The position numbers and the translations under genes are program-made. 64,000 nt of DNA from an uncultured Phycisphaerales bacterium (GTDB lineage: Bacteria > Planctomycetota > Phycisphaerae > Tepidisphaerales > Tepidisphaeraceae). This document shows positions 20,950-30,573 of the stretch, piece by piece. Every line of letters begins with the position of its first letter. Position 1 is the first letter of the stretch. The notes under the pieces were generated by a model. That model saw nothing but the letters and a program-made list of their open reading frames with translations. It was not told where the DNA came from and searched no databases. Location of the stretch: assembly GCA_963758525.1 (NCBI GenBank), contig CAVWVQ010000003.1:1856001-1920000 (forward strand), written 5' to 3'.

Positions 20950-21070
20950 GTCAATAACTCCTGGTACAAAATGCATCGTACCCGGATCTGCGCCTGCGCG
21001 TCTGCGCCGAAAGTCATTTGCGAGAATACCATCATGCGTGCGCAGCACTTTAAATCCAAGGAGACGAAGT

Positions 21071-22147
21071 ATGCTTCAACTGATGAAGGCCCGCATTGGA
21101 ATCATTTCGTTGTGTTGCGTCGCGCCAATGATTTTGGCATCGCGTCCGCTGATGGCGGACAGCGTTCGTCCGCCCGCGCAGCCCGCGGACGGGCCTGGCG
21201 GAGCCCGGGCAGCTCATGCGTCGGTCATCTCTCACGTCTACGGCCAAGGGGGGACTCAGTACTGGGTCTACGAGCCGGACGCCCCCCGGCCGGACTTGGC
21301 GCCGGTGGTGATTTTCATTCACGGCTGGTCCGCGATGAACCCGGCCATCTACGGCGCGTGGATCGACCACATCGTCAAACGCGGCAACATTGTGATCTTC
21401 CCGAAATATCAGGCGACGATGCTCACTTCCCCCCGCGATTTCACGCCCAATGCAATCGCTGCAATCCAGGACGCGCTGAAGCGGCTGCAGAGCGAGCCGG
21501 GCCACGTGAAGCCGGACCTCGCCCGGATGGCGGCGGTCGGACACTCTGTCGGCGGCCTGCTCGTTGCGAACGTGGCGGCGCTGGCTTCCGAATCGGGGCT
21601 GCCGCAGATCAAGGCGGTGATGTCCACGGAACCGGGGAAAACCGTTACCGGCGACGGCCGAACGTTCGTGCCGCTGGCGGACATGTCGAAACTCCCGGCC
21701 TCGACGCTGCTCCTTGCCGTCGCCGGCGATCACGACACGCTGGTCGGCAAGAGCGACGCGCTGCGCATCTTTCACGAGTCGACGACGATCCCACCGGAAA
21801 ACAAAAATTTCGTGCTGGTGCAGTCTGACTCGCACGGCATGCCGGCGCTGGTGGCCAATCATCTCGCGCCGGTCGCCCCCGATCTTGCCTATAACACGTC
21901 GTCCGGCAACGGCCCGTCGTCACGGCCGGCCCTGCGTAACCCCGGCATGATGCTCGACGCGATCGATTATTACGCTTTCTGGAAGTTGTTCGACGGGCTT
22001 TGCGACGCCGCGTTCCATGGGACAGATCGCGAATTCGCACTGGGCGACACGCCACAGCAGCGGTACATGGGCAAATGGTCGGATGGAACGCCCGTGAAAG
22101 AACTGGTGGTGACTTTGGGCGGCACGCCTGCAGCGGAGAAGAAGTGA
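21071..22147 (+). CDS. Secreted alpha/beta hydrolase (chlorophyllase/cutinase-like)
   Basis: PVVIFIHG, nucleophile motif GHSVGG, GDHD, ANH; AAGGAG SD. Confidence 0.85.
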   Translation: MLQLMKARIGIISLCCVAPMILASRPLMADSVRPPAQPADGPGGARAAHASVISHVYGQGGTQYWVYEPDAPRPDLAPVVIFIHGWSAMNPAIYGAWIDHIVKRGNIVIFPKYQATMLTSPRDFTPNAIAAIQDALKRLQSEPGHVKPDLARMAAVGHSVGGLLVANVAALASESGLPQIKAVMSTEPGKTVTGDGRTFVPLADMSKLPASTLLLAVAGDHDTLVGKSDALRIFHESTTIPPENKNFVLVQSDSHGMPALVANHLAPVAPDLAYNTSSGNGPSSRPALRNPGMMLDAIDYYAFWKLFDGLCDAAFHGTDREFALGDTPQQRYMGKWSDGTPVKELVVTLGGTPAAEKK

Positions 22148-22186
22148 TTTGCTCCATTTGTGAAGAGGGAAAGAGGGAAAAGAGGG

Positions 22187-22283
22187 AACACGAATCGGCA
22201 CGAATGCTCACCAATCTTCACGAATAAATGCGAAGGAAAATCTGCTTCGTGCAGATTCGTGCGAATTCGTGACGATTCGTGTT
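22187..22283. repeat. Inverted repeat made of 10-nt-period CACGAAT units
   Basis: Left arm cacgaatcgg-cacgaatgct-caccaatctt-cacgaat; right arm attcgtgcga-attcgtgacg-attcgtgtt; preceded by aagaggga x3. Lies between convergent genes. Confidence 0.8.
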
Positions 22284-22398
22284 CTGCATTTTCCGGTCGC
22301 CATGGACCATACGGGATTTGCGCACGCCCATCCAATCGGCTCGAACGTGACCATTTTGCACGGAGCCTGCAACACGACGCAGTTGCCCGAACCCGCGA

Positions 22399-23295
22399 TT
22401 AAAACCGCCGATTGCACATGCGGCGAATCAGATGCACCGGGGCGAAGGGCAACGCGCCAAGACGGCCAAGCATCAGCACGGGGGCTGTCAGCTTCACGGC
22501 CAAGGCCCCGCGCTTGGGGTAAACGCAGCCGTTCTGATCAGGCTTCTGCAGCACGATCGGGCACCAGTCAAAACGGCCGTCCACCAGCCGCAGTCCGGCC
22601 TGCTCATAGAGCGTCAGGCTCCCGCTGAATTTACGGCTGACGCGCAGATGCGTGGGATACCACGGGAGCACCATGTAAAAAGGCGCGCTGACGAACAATC
22701 GCCCGCCTGGACGGAGGCACGACGCCAGCGTCTTCACCATCCCGGCAGGATCGGGAACGTGTTCGAGCACGTCGAAACACGTGATTGCGTCGTAGGAATC
22801 GCGGCTCAGTTCGGAAGGATCAGTCACGATCGGAATTTCCGCGGCGCTTCTGGCGAACAACTCCCGCGCAAAGCGCTCGCACAGACCCGGCAGTTCGAAG
22901 TACGCGACGCGATGTCCCTTGCGTGCAAAGTAGAGGCAATCAAATCCCAGACCGTCGCCGATGCTGAGGATGTCGAGGGAGGGACCCTGCTGACGATCCA
23001 TCAGGCGCGCCGTCCAGCGGCGCATTCGCGATTTAACGCTGTTGCGATTCCAGACCGCCAGCTCGTAGAGAAACGCGTTGGTCTGGCCGTAGAACGATTC
23101 GAGATGTGGCCCCCATACGTATCGCGGGCCGCCGTGCCGCGCGAAGTCTTCGGCGACGGAGCAGCCCGGGTGAAGGCGCTCCCATTCGAGCCGGCGTTTG
23201 GCGATATCGACGGACTCCCCGCTGATCTGAGCAATCAGTTCCGCCATTTGCTGCAAACTGTGCAGCGGATTGAACCGCGCCGCCAAACGGGTCAT
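22399..23295 (-). CDS. Class I SAM-dependent methyltransferase
   Basis: ILSIGDGLG, YDAITCFDVLEHVPDP, LRPGGRLFV. Confidence 0.85.
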   Translation of the reverse strand: MTRLAARFNPLHSLQQMAELIAQISGESVDIAKRRLEWERLHPGCSVAEDFARHGGPRYVWGPHLESFYGQTNAFLYELAVWNRNSVKSRMRRWTARLMDRQQGPSLDILSIGDGLGFDCLYFARKGHRVAYFELPGLCERFARELFARSAAEIPIVTDPSELSRDSYDAITCFDVLEHVPDPAGMVKTLASCLRPGGRLFVSAPFYMVLPWYPTHLRVSRKFSGSLTLYEQAGLRLVDGRFDWCPIVLQKPDQNGCVYPKRGALAVKLTAPVLMLGRLGALPFAPVHLIRRMCNRRF

Positions 23296-23353
23296 GGGGT
23301 ACAGAATGCCAGAAAAGTCGGAAAGAAAAAAGGCTTCGCCGGCGCTGTGCGCC

Positions 23354-23428
23354 GGAAACCCGAATGGCGAAGCCCGAAACCAGAATCTAATTCTGATTCG
23401 GGGATTCTGGTTTCGTCATTTTGGTCAT
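23354..23428. repeat. Heptamer-based (GAATGAC/CGAAACC) palindromic intergenic element
   Basis: 27 nt at 23394-23420 are the exact reverse complement of 33446-33472. Confidence 0.75.
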
Positions 23429-23432
23429 GCGC

Positions 23433-25352
23433 TCACGACCCCACCGACGCCAGCGGGCGCTCGCCCGCAGGGTCGGGCGCCAGCACTTTCACGGTGGTCT
23501 CCGGCGGAAGCATTTCTTCCAGGCGTTTCTGGAACTCTCCCTTGACCAGTCGGTAGAACGCGCCGCGACGGCTCGTGCCAATCAGCACTTGATCCACGCC
23601 GTAGATGGCGGCGGACTCGGCGATCAGCTCGACGGCGTCGTAACCCGTGTCATACGACGGCAGCACGGCAACACCGATCTCATGCGCCAGGGCCAGAAAT
23701 CGGCTGAATGTCCGCAGGGCCGCCAGGTCGGTATCGATCGTCATGCGGCGGTCGTATTTGTAGGACAACGTCACCTCGCGAATGAAGCAGATGACCAGCG
23801 TCTTGCCCGAGCGCTTGGCTTCCTCCAATGCGCCTCTGGCCAGGTGATCGGAGCCGTACGTGCCCAGGAGAACCTTGGGGCGGGCCATGGCTTCGGGGGT
23901 GAGTTGTTCCATGATCGCCTGGCGCAGGAGCGTCGGGCGCACGCCATCGCGGTTGGCGAGCCACTTGGTGAAAGCCCGCGCCGTCAGCCCGATGGTCATC
24001 ACCACGGCGACGAAGACCAGCGCGTGCAGCTTCGTGAATGCGAGGGTGACCCAGATCGCCAGCAGCACGATTCCCAGCAGCATCATGGGAACCTTGCGCG
24101 ACAGGCGTCGCAGGCGGGGGTGGATGGCGCAGAGCGTGACGTTAATGGCGACCGCGCCGATCACGCCGATGGCATACAGCGCCGCGAGACTGTCGAGATC
24201 GTGGCTGACCAGCAGGACGAGGATGGGGACCGATGCCGCCAGCGCCGCGGGCATCCAAGGCACGCCGAAGCGGTTGAGGGCGGCCATTCCCTGCGGCAAT
24301 TCGCCGTCGCGGGCCATCAGGTATTGAACGGAGATCATGTCGGTGATAGCGGTGTTGGTGGCGGAGAGCAGCAGCACGCCGCCGATAATGCGAACCGCCC
24401 ACTCCCCCCACTGCCCGACGTACACCCCGCTGAGAAACGCGAGCATGTCGCTTTGATGCTTATCGCGGTCGAGGGGAAAGATCGCGAGCATGCAGGCGGC
24501 CAGGAGAACGTTGAAGATGGCAACTTCGGCGGAAACGACCCAGATCGCCTTACTGGCGGTTTTCAGGACCGGGCGGGTCATCACGCCGGTGAGGTTGGCG
24601 ATGGCTTCCACGCCGCTCAGCGCCAGCACGATCGAGACGAACGCGACCCACATCTCGCCGGGCTGATGATTGAGATGCCCGATACGCCCCGGCAAGTCAT
24701 GCCAGGAAACCTGCGGAATGGCGAATGCCGCGATGAGCAGGGTGATGAGCACCATCCCCACTGCCGCCAAGAGCGCGAACATTCCGGTGTGTTTTGGGCC
24801 CATCAGATTGAACATGCCGATGGCGGCGATCGCGACGATCGCCCACAGCGCCGGCGAGTCAAAGGCCAGGAGTTTGTCGGCCTCGGTCGCCTCGGAACTG
24901 CGCTTTACGTCGAGCTTGGCGCCGGCGTCAACTCGATCCGGCTCGGCCTGAACGTGACGCCCGACGGGGAGACCAAAATAGTGAAACGCGTCCAGCGAAC
25001 TGAGGCTTGCCGTCACCGTGTAGTCGGCGAAGAGCAACAACGCGCCGACGACGGCGAGCGTGCGGCTTTTGTGCTTTGCGGCGGTGTAGACGCCGCCACC
25101 GTCGGGATAGATCCGGCAGATTTGCGTGTAGGCCCAGCCCACCGCCAGGATCAACAGGCTCATGGCTACGATCAGCCAAAAGCTGGTGCGCCCGGCGAAG
25201 AAGAGGGCGATGCCCAGCACGTACAGTCGACTGGTGCCCCAATCGCCAAAGAGAAGTCCCGCGGCTTGCTTCCACCCGACGTTGCGGGGCCGCTCGCCCG
25301 CGAGGAGACTCAAGGCTGCCGGCTTTCGGGGGCCGCTTTCGATGGTGTGCAT
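23433..25352 (-). CDS. APC-superfamily transporter (KUP/KimA-like K+ symporter) with C-terminal USP-like domain
   Basis: About 12 TM segments; FGDWGTSRLY resembles KUP GDIGTSPLY; YPDGGGVY, DYTVTASLS, LALSGVEAIAN; C-terminal VDQVLIGTSRR is USP-like. Confidence 0.85.
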   Translation of the reverse strand: MHTIESGPRKPAALSLLAGERPRNVGWKQAAGLLFGDWGTSRLYVLGIALFFAGRTSFWLIVAMSLLILAVGWAYTQICRIYPDGGGVYTAAKHKSRTLAVVGALLLFADYTVTASLSSLDAFHYFGLPVGRHVQAEPDRVDAGAKLDVKRSSEATEADKLLAFDSPALWAIVAIAAIGMFNLMGPKHTGMFALLAAVGMVLITLLIAAFAIPQVSWHDLPGRIGHLNHQPGEMWVAFVSIVLALSGVEAIANLTGVMTRPVLKTASKAIWVVSAEVAIFNVLLAACMLAIFPLDRDKHQSDMLAFLSGVYVGQWGEWAVRIIGGVLLLSATNTAITDMISVQYLMARDGELPQGMAALNRFGVPWMPAALAASVPILVLLVSHDLDSLAALYAIGVIGAVAINVTLCAIHPRLRRLSRKVPMMLLGIVLLAIWVTLAFTKLHALVFVAVVMTIGLTARAFTKWLANRDGVRPTLLRQAIMEQLTPEAMARPKVLLGTYGSDHLARGALEEAKRSGKTLVICFIREVTLSYKYDRRMTIDTDLAALRTFSRFLALAHEIGVAVLPSYDTGYDAVELIAESAAIYGVDQVLIGTSRRGAFYRLVKGEFQKRLEEMLPPETTVKVLAPDPAGERPLASVGS

Positions 25353-25524
25353 AGACGTGTCGCTGCCATCGGACTGCGCGGAAGCGCGCGGCGGTCCTGC
25401 CCGCCACGGGCCGGCATATCCTCATTCTGCGCAACGAGGGGCTCGGGAGCTTTTTGGAGACCGCTGCAAGCGATCACCGGGGCGAGTGCCCCGCTCAGGA
25501 GAGCGTCGTTGTGCCCTTTCAAGG

Positions 25525-25665
25525 GCCTACGGGGTTAGCTGACGGGCTAGGGCTTGAAAGTGCCCCGGAACGTTTGTTCGTCCCTAAGCCCCTGGTGCCG
25601 ACTACTTCCATCGACGACACCCTTGGGTTCCCCGCGCCCTGCGCCACACGCGAAGCCTCGGCGGT
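25525..25665 (-). ncRNA. c-di-AMP riboswitch (ydaO/yuaA class)
   Basis: Minus strand reads GCCGA...GGCGCGGGGAACCCA...GGGGCUUA...GGGCAC..GCCCUAGCCCGUCAGCUAACCCCGUAGGC, matching the ydaO consensus core; it lies upstream of a K+ transporter-like gene. Confidence 0.88.
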
Positions 25666-25680
25666 CACATAACACCGATA

Positions 25681-25710
25681 ACCTTACGATTTTCGATCTG
25701 GCATTGTCAA
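25681..25710 (-). promoter_or_regulatory. Sigma70 promoter driving the riboswitch/transporter
   Basis: TTGACA-18 nt-TAAGGT immediately 5' of the aptamer. Confidence 0.7.
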
Positions 25711-25951
25711 CAGGAAAGGGGGGAGGAAGGCACGAAGGCGCGAAGGCACAGAGCCACGGAGGGGAATGCCATGGCGGGTTTAAATGCGGTAAGCATATTA
25801 TCTACAGACATTTATGAATTTGGTCCGGAGCAGAATTCGTTAGTGCCAACGTCCGACGAGGGGCGCGGGCGACGCTCGTAGGCTGCGAATCGAATTTAGT
25901 TGTGGTTTTCACCGGTTTGGTGATTACTTCGATGGGTGATGTTAAAATGGG

Positions 25952-25979
25952 TAAAGAATTTCTCAGGCGTATCCGATAG
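25952..25979 (+). promoter_or_regulatory. Possible sigma28/FliA-type promoter
   Basis: TAAA-16 nt-TCCGATAG versus consensus TAAA-N15-GCCGATAA. Confidence 0.3.
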
Positions 25980-26099
25980 TTTAAGCATCGCAAGTTATCC
26001 AGTTTAACATGCGAATCGATTTCAAGGCTGGCACGGATGCCGGTTTGTTAATTTGGAGAACTCGCGAAAAGGTTCGCGATACTCCCCGGAGAAACATCC

Positions 26100-26875
26100 A
26101 TGCATCATGTTAAGCCGACCATCACCGCCGTTGCCCGCGAATACCTCGAACCGCTTCTGAAGGGCGATCGTGCCGTTGCTCGCGAGGTCATCGCGGCTGC
26201 GATGGAACTTCAGGTGAGCGCGTATGACCTGCTCACCCAATTGATCTGGCCGACAATGGAAACCATCCAGGAAATGTACCGCGACGACCGTATCAACGTC
26301 AGCACGCTCAATCTAGCCACCCGGTTGAATCGCTCGATTGCCGACCAGCTTTGCTCGCGGCTTGAGCAGGCACCGTCCAACGGACGCAAAGTATTGATTT
26401 TCTGTGGCAACGATGAGCCCGAAGAACTCGGCGGCCAGATTTGCGCGACCTGTTTGAAGCCGATGGCTTCTCCGTCCGCTTCGCCGGCGGCGGCGTGCCG
26501 GAGGACGAAGTGCTGACTCTGATCGGCGAGATGCGACCCGACCTGCTGGTCATGTTCGGCACCCTTCCGGCAGGCATCCCGTCGGTCCGCAAATTGATCG
26601 ACTACCTCCGCGAGGTGAACAGTTGTCCGACCATGCAGGTTCTCTGCTGCGGGGGGATCTACAAGCGGGCCGAAGGCCTTGCCGAGGAAATCGGCGCGGA
26701 CCTTTACGCCCCCGACGCTGCCACCGCAGTCAAGACCGCCAATGCCCATCCGACTCGACGGGCGACGGTGGATCAGCAGACGGTTGGCCGAACGCGTCGC
26801 ATTCGCAAAGCCGCCGCCCGGCGTAGCGAGCAGGCGATGCGCGAACCAGCGTCGGTGGCCGTTGAAGCAATGTAA
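26100..26875 (+). CDS. Cobalamin-binding-like protein (cap helices plus Rossmann domain); frameshift ~26445
   Basis: YLEPLLKGDR...LIWPTMETI; EPEELGGQI.ADLFEADGF; GGGVP; VLCCGG; IGADLYAPDA. Confidence 0.8.
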
Positions 26876-26949
26876 AACTCATGCCCCATCCAGATTCGGC
26901 AACGTATGCCGAGCTCGGTTTAGAAAGACCCACAGCCGATCATGGATGC

Positions 26950-26988
26950 CGCCGCCGGCGCACGGAGTGCGCCGGCGGCGAGGTTTTT
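26950..26988 (+). terminator. Intrinsic terminator
   Basis: 14-bp stem cgccgccggcgcac/gtgcgccggcggcg followed by aggttttt. Confidence 0.75.
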
Positions 26989-27052
26989 AATAAGACGTCA
27001 GGAGTAAGGAGCCGGAAGTCAGAATGAATTGCGGCGCGTGTACTATAGTCTC

Positions 27053-27635
27053 GTGGTGTTTCGCTCGAAGCCCGCATCACTGATCCGATTTCTCTCGCTG
27101 CTCGCGGGGCTGTTCTTCGTCGGGGTCTGGATTCGCAGCCATTACTCGAACGATCTGTTGTTTTTCACGACGCCGCATCGCGACTATGTTGAAGTTGCGA
27201 CGATTCCGGATCAATTCCGCATTACCGTCGTCGACCGATGGCCCTCGACCGTTCCGCCGAGATTTGTCGAATCGCGCTATCTGTCGCCGGGGTGGCCGGT
27301 CTTTGGCGAGGGGCCGATCTATCATCGCTGGTTTCCGCTCGGTTTTGCGATTACCCACGGCTCGCGACCGATCCCCTTGATGGCCGTTCTATTCCGGTGG
27401 TCTCTGCTTCGTTCTATCTCCGTTACCTTCTCGCAACTGGCCGTTCCGTTTCCGCTGCCGGTCTCGGTTTGCGCGGCAATCTGTTTCTGGCCATTGGTCC
27501 GACGACTTCGCCGCCGACGGAGCGAGGACAGCCGCGCGATCAAGGGCTTCTGTCGGCAATGCGGGTATGACTTGCGCGACTCCCGGGCGATGTCCTGAAT
27601 GCGGCACAGAGAGAGATGCGCGACTGATCGCATGA
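27053..27635 (+). CDS. Membrane protein with C-terminal Zn-ribbon (CRQCGYDLRATPGRCPECG after repairing a 2-nt loss ~27577)
   Basis: TM segments, WIRSH and a CxxC...CPECG motif; the repaired stop TGA overlaps the next ATG (ATGA). Confidence 0.75.
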
Positions 27636-28306
27636 CCGAGCGTTCCTCAATGAATCTCACTTCATTTCACTGGTGGTTCAAGACGGACGCTGGTCTTGCC
27701 GCCAGGATTGCGATTGGCGCGAGCATCTTCGCGATGCTGGCCGCGACAGACCTGATGCGGCACGGGCGGGCGGCGCAGCGATGGCGCGAATATGCCTTTC
27801 TGCTGCTCGCGACGCTGGCCGGGATCGCCTATGGGGTCGTGAACGATGCCGTGACCAGCTCGATTTCGTGGGAGTACTATTTCTATGGGAAAGGCCTCGC
27901 CGACGTGATGCCCGCGAAGACTCCGCCGGACCCGCGGGCATTACGCAATCAAGCGATGGGGATCGGGATGAGAGCCGGCGGGTCAGCAGGGATTGTGATC
28001 GGAGCGATACTGCTCATCGCCAACAACCCGCGACCGAACCGGCGCCGGCTCACGTACAAACAGCTTGCTTCGCATCTGTCGATGATCTTCGCGGTGACAA
28101 TTGCTTGTTCTCTTCTTCTTGGCGCAGCCGGGGCGAGTGGCTGGCTCCTCTGGACCAGCAACGATCTGGCCGACCTGTGGCACACCGGAGACTTTCGGCC
28201 CATTCGCTTCCTCGGCGTCTACGGAATTCATCTCGGCGCATACATTGGCGGCGCGATCGGGATCACGATCGCGGTCGTGAGGATCGCTCAAGCCCGCTGG
28301 GACTAA
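27632..28306 (+). CDS. Hypothetical multi-pass membrane protein
   Basis: Five hydrophobic segments; YGVVNDAVTSSISWEYYFYGKG; GIHLGAYIGG. Confidence 0.75.
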   Translation: MTERSSMNLTSFHWWFKTDAGLAARIAIGASIFAMLAATDLMRHGRAAQRWREYAFLLLATLAGIAYGVVNDAVTSSISWEYYFYGKGLADVMPAKTPPDPRALRNQAMGIGMRAGGSAGIVIGAILLIANNPRPNRRRLTYKQLASHLSMIFAVTIACSLLLGAAGASGWLLWTSNDLADLWHTGDFRPIRFLGVYGIHLGAYIGGAIGITIAVVRIAQARWD

Positions 28307-28314
28307 ATCCGGCT

Positions 28315-28584
28315 TTATCCGCGCTTCTTTGGCCTCTTGCCCGAGACAGGTTCATCAATGTCACTGAACTGAACCATGTGCGCCAGAGCGACCGTGCGCA
28401 AGCGCTTCACGAGCGGATAGCCCTCGGAGTCGTGTCCCAGTTCTACGGGCAGGATCACCGAGGACTCGCCGACAAGCACCATGCCGGCGTTGGTGATGGG
28501 AATCGCTGACCCGTCAGTCAAATGAACTCGGAACGGGCGAAACGGGACATCATAGATGCGATGATTGAGATCAACCGCGTGCAT
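28315..28584 (-). CDS. Small hypothetical protein (PFxPFxhxLxDG family)
   Basis: VPFRPFRVHLTDGSAIPI; TACAAT 6 nt before ATG. Confidence 0.7.
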   Translation of the reverse strand: MHAVDLNHRIYDVPFRPFRVHLTDGSAIPITNAGMVLVGESSVILPVELGHDSEGYPLVKRLRTVALAHMVQFSDIDEPVSGKRPKKRG

Positions 28585-28680
28585 TGGTTGATTGTAACGA
28601 TCGGTTGGCGCCGTCTCCAATTTATTCGACGGAGAACGCCGGTGGGGAGTGTGGCGCTCGAAAGTGGCGACCGGCTCCGA

Positions 28681-28748
28681 GTAGGGCGGGATTCATCCCG
28701 CCGATTTATTGGCCGGCCGGGAAAACGGCGGGATGAATCCCGCCCTAC
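28681..28748. repeat. GTAG-type REP doublet (REPIN)
   Basis: GTAGGGCGGGATTCATCCCGCC...GGCGGGATGAATCCCGCCCTAC form perfect 22-bp inverted arms, each internally palindromic. Confidence 0.85.
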
Positions 28749-28835
28749 GATCGCAAGATCCGCAATCGCCACAATTAAAAAAAAGTTCACCCGCGCTGGA
28801 AGCTGGATGAGCCCGGTCGTCCTCAAGCCGATTTC

Positions 28836-30358
28836 CTACGCCGCCGTCGGCTTTGCTTCGGGTTTGGGAGCGGAGAAGACGCGGACACAGTTTCGGCCGG
28901 CGCGCTTCGCGGCATAGACAGCCAGGTCGGCGGCTTTCAGCAGGTGGGCGGCCTCTTTGAACGGGCCGCCTGGCTCGTAGCAGGCAACGCCGATGCTGGC
29001 GGTAACCGGAAGGGTGACGGCGATGCAGGCGACCGGGCGCGATGCGATGGCCCGGCGGATGCTCTCGGCGACCGCGGCAGCGGTCGATCGGCTGGTGCCG
29101 GGGAGCACCAGGACCATTTCTTCCCCGCCGTAGCGGGCGGCAAGGTCCTGGGTGCGGGTCGCGGTCGACAAGAGCTTGCCCAGAGCACGGAGCACTTCGT
29201 CGCCGGTCTGGTGGCCGTGCTGATCGTTGACGCTCTTGAACTTGTCCACGTCGAGCAGGAGCAGCGAAATTGGCTTGCGGGCGCGGACGGCGGCGGCAAA
29301 TTGCTCCGCGAGAAACTGATCGAACGACACACGGTTGGCCAGGCCCGTGAGCCCGTCGGTGGTCGCCTGGATCTTCAATTGCTGATTCTGCTCGGCCAGC
29401 GTGCTGGCTTTTTCCTGCAGCACCGTTGCATGCTGCTGGGACTGGAGCGTGATTTCGACGAGCGCTTCGTTGGCTTTTTTCAAGATGGCGTCGTACTCCA
29501 GCGACGAACCCATGTTGATCTCGAAGAGCGACGCGACTTCCTTGCTGCGCGTGCCGATCTCGTCGAGCAGCGCGTCGCATTCCGGCTGGCTCATCTTGTA
29601 CGACTGCATGCAGATCTGCCGGACGTCAGCGATCGCCGGCGCCGGCATCGCATCGACGAATACATCCGCGCAGCGACCGGCGAGACCGACCAGCTCGGTC
29701 AATTTGCGCAGGCTCGCGTCAGCGACCTTTTCCGGCACGGCGTGAAACGCGATCGGCATGATCAACAGCGGCGGGAGCTTCCACTGCGTGGCGAGAATGC
29801 CTCCGACGTCGGCGTGCGTCATTCCCAGCGCCTGCTGCTCGAGCGGCGCCAGCTCGCCATGCGAATGGACCTTGAGGTGCAGCTCGCCGTACTGCTCGGC
29901 GAGAACCTGGTCGAGCACCAGCATTCCGATATCCATGAGCAGCGCCGCAAGAAAAGCTTCTTCCTGCTGAACGATGCCGAGCTTTGCCGCGATCGTACGG
30001 GCGGCCGTCGCGGCATGAATGCTGCGCTTCCAATAATGCAGATGCTGAAAGCCCTTCCCTTTGGCCTTGGTGAGGTTGGTCACCAGCGAGAAGCCCAGCA
30101 CCAGCGTCTTGACCGACTGCAGTCCGAGAATCACCAGCGCATGGCTGATGGTGCCGACGTTCTGGCTCCGCGCATAGAAGCTGGAGTTCACCGTACGCAG
30201 GATCTTGGACGAGAGGGCCGGGTCGCGCGAAATGATGCGCACGATCTCCGCGATGTCCACGTCAGTTTTTTGCGCAAGTCGAGCACCTGCACGGCGATCG
30301 TTGGCAGGGAGGGTAAAGTGGCGCACTGGCGGATTCGTTGAATGAGCTGTTCGTTCAT
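28836..30358 (-). CDS. HDOD-GGDEF diguanylate cyclase; frameshift ~30273
   Basis: MNEQLIQRIRQCATLPSLP; DPALSSKILRTVNSSFY; LLMDIG; TDGLTGLANR; DVDKFKSVNDQHGHQTGD; I-site RTQD; RYGGEEM. Confidence 0.92.
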
Positions 30359-30573
30359 AGACGCAGAAAGCGGTTTCGCGTGGGCGGACTGCGCACGGCG
30401 CGAAATATCTCTGCCGGGTTTCTATCGACCAGTTGAACCCGCTACGTTGCATCTTGTGCGGCTTTCAAAAAAGACGACAAGTTACCGTATCGCGAGCCGA
30501 GGTATTATCGCAACAGGCAGTTTTTGCGCGCGGCGCTGGCCCCAATGGTGCATTCAAATGGCATCCCGTTGTA

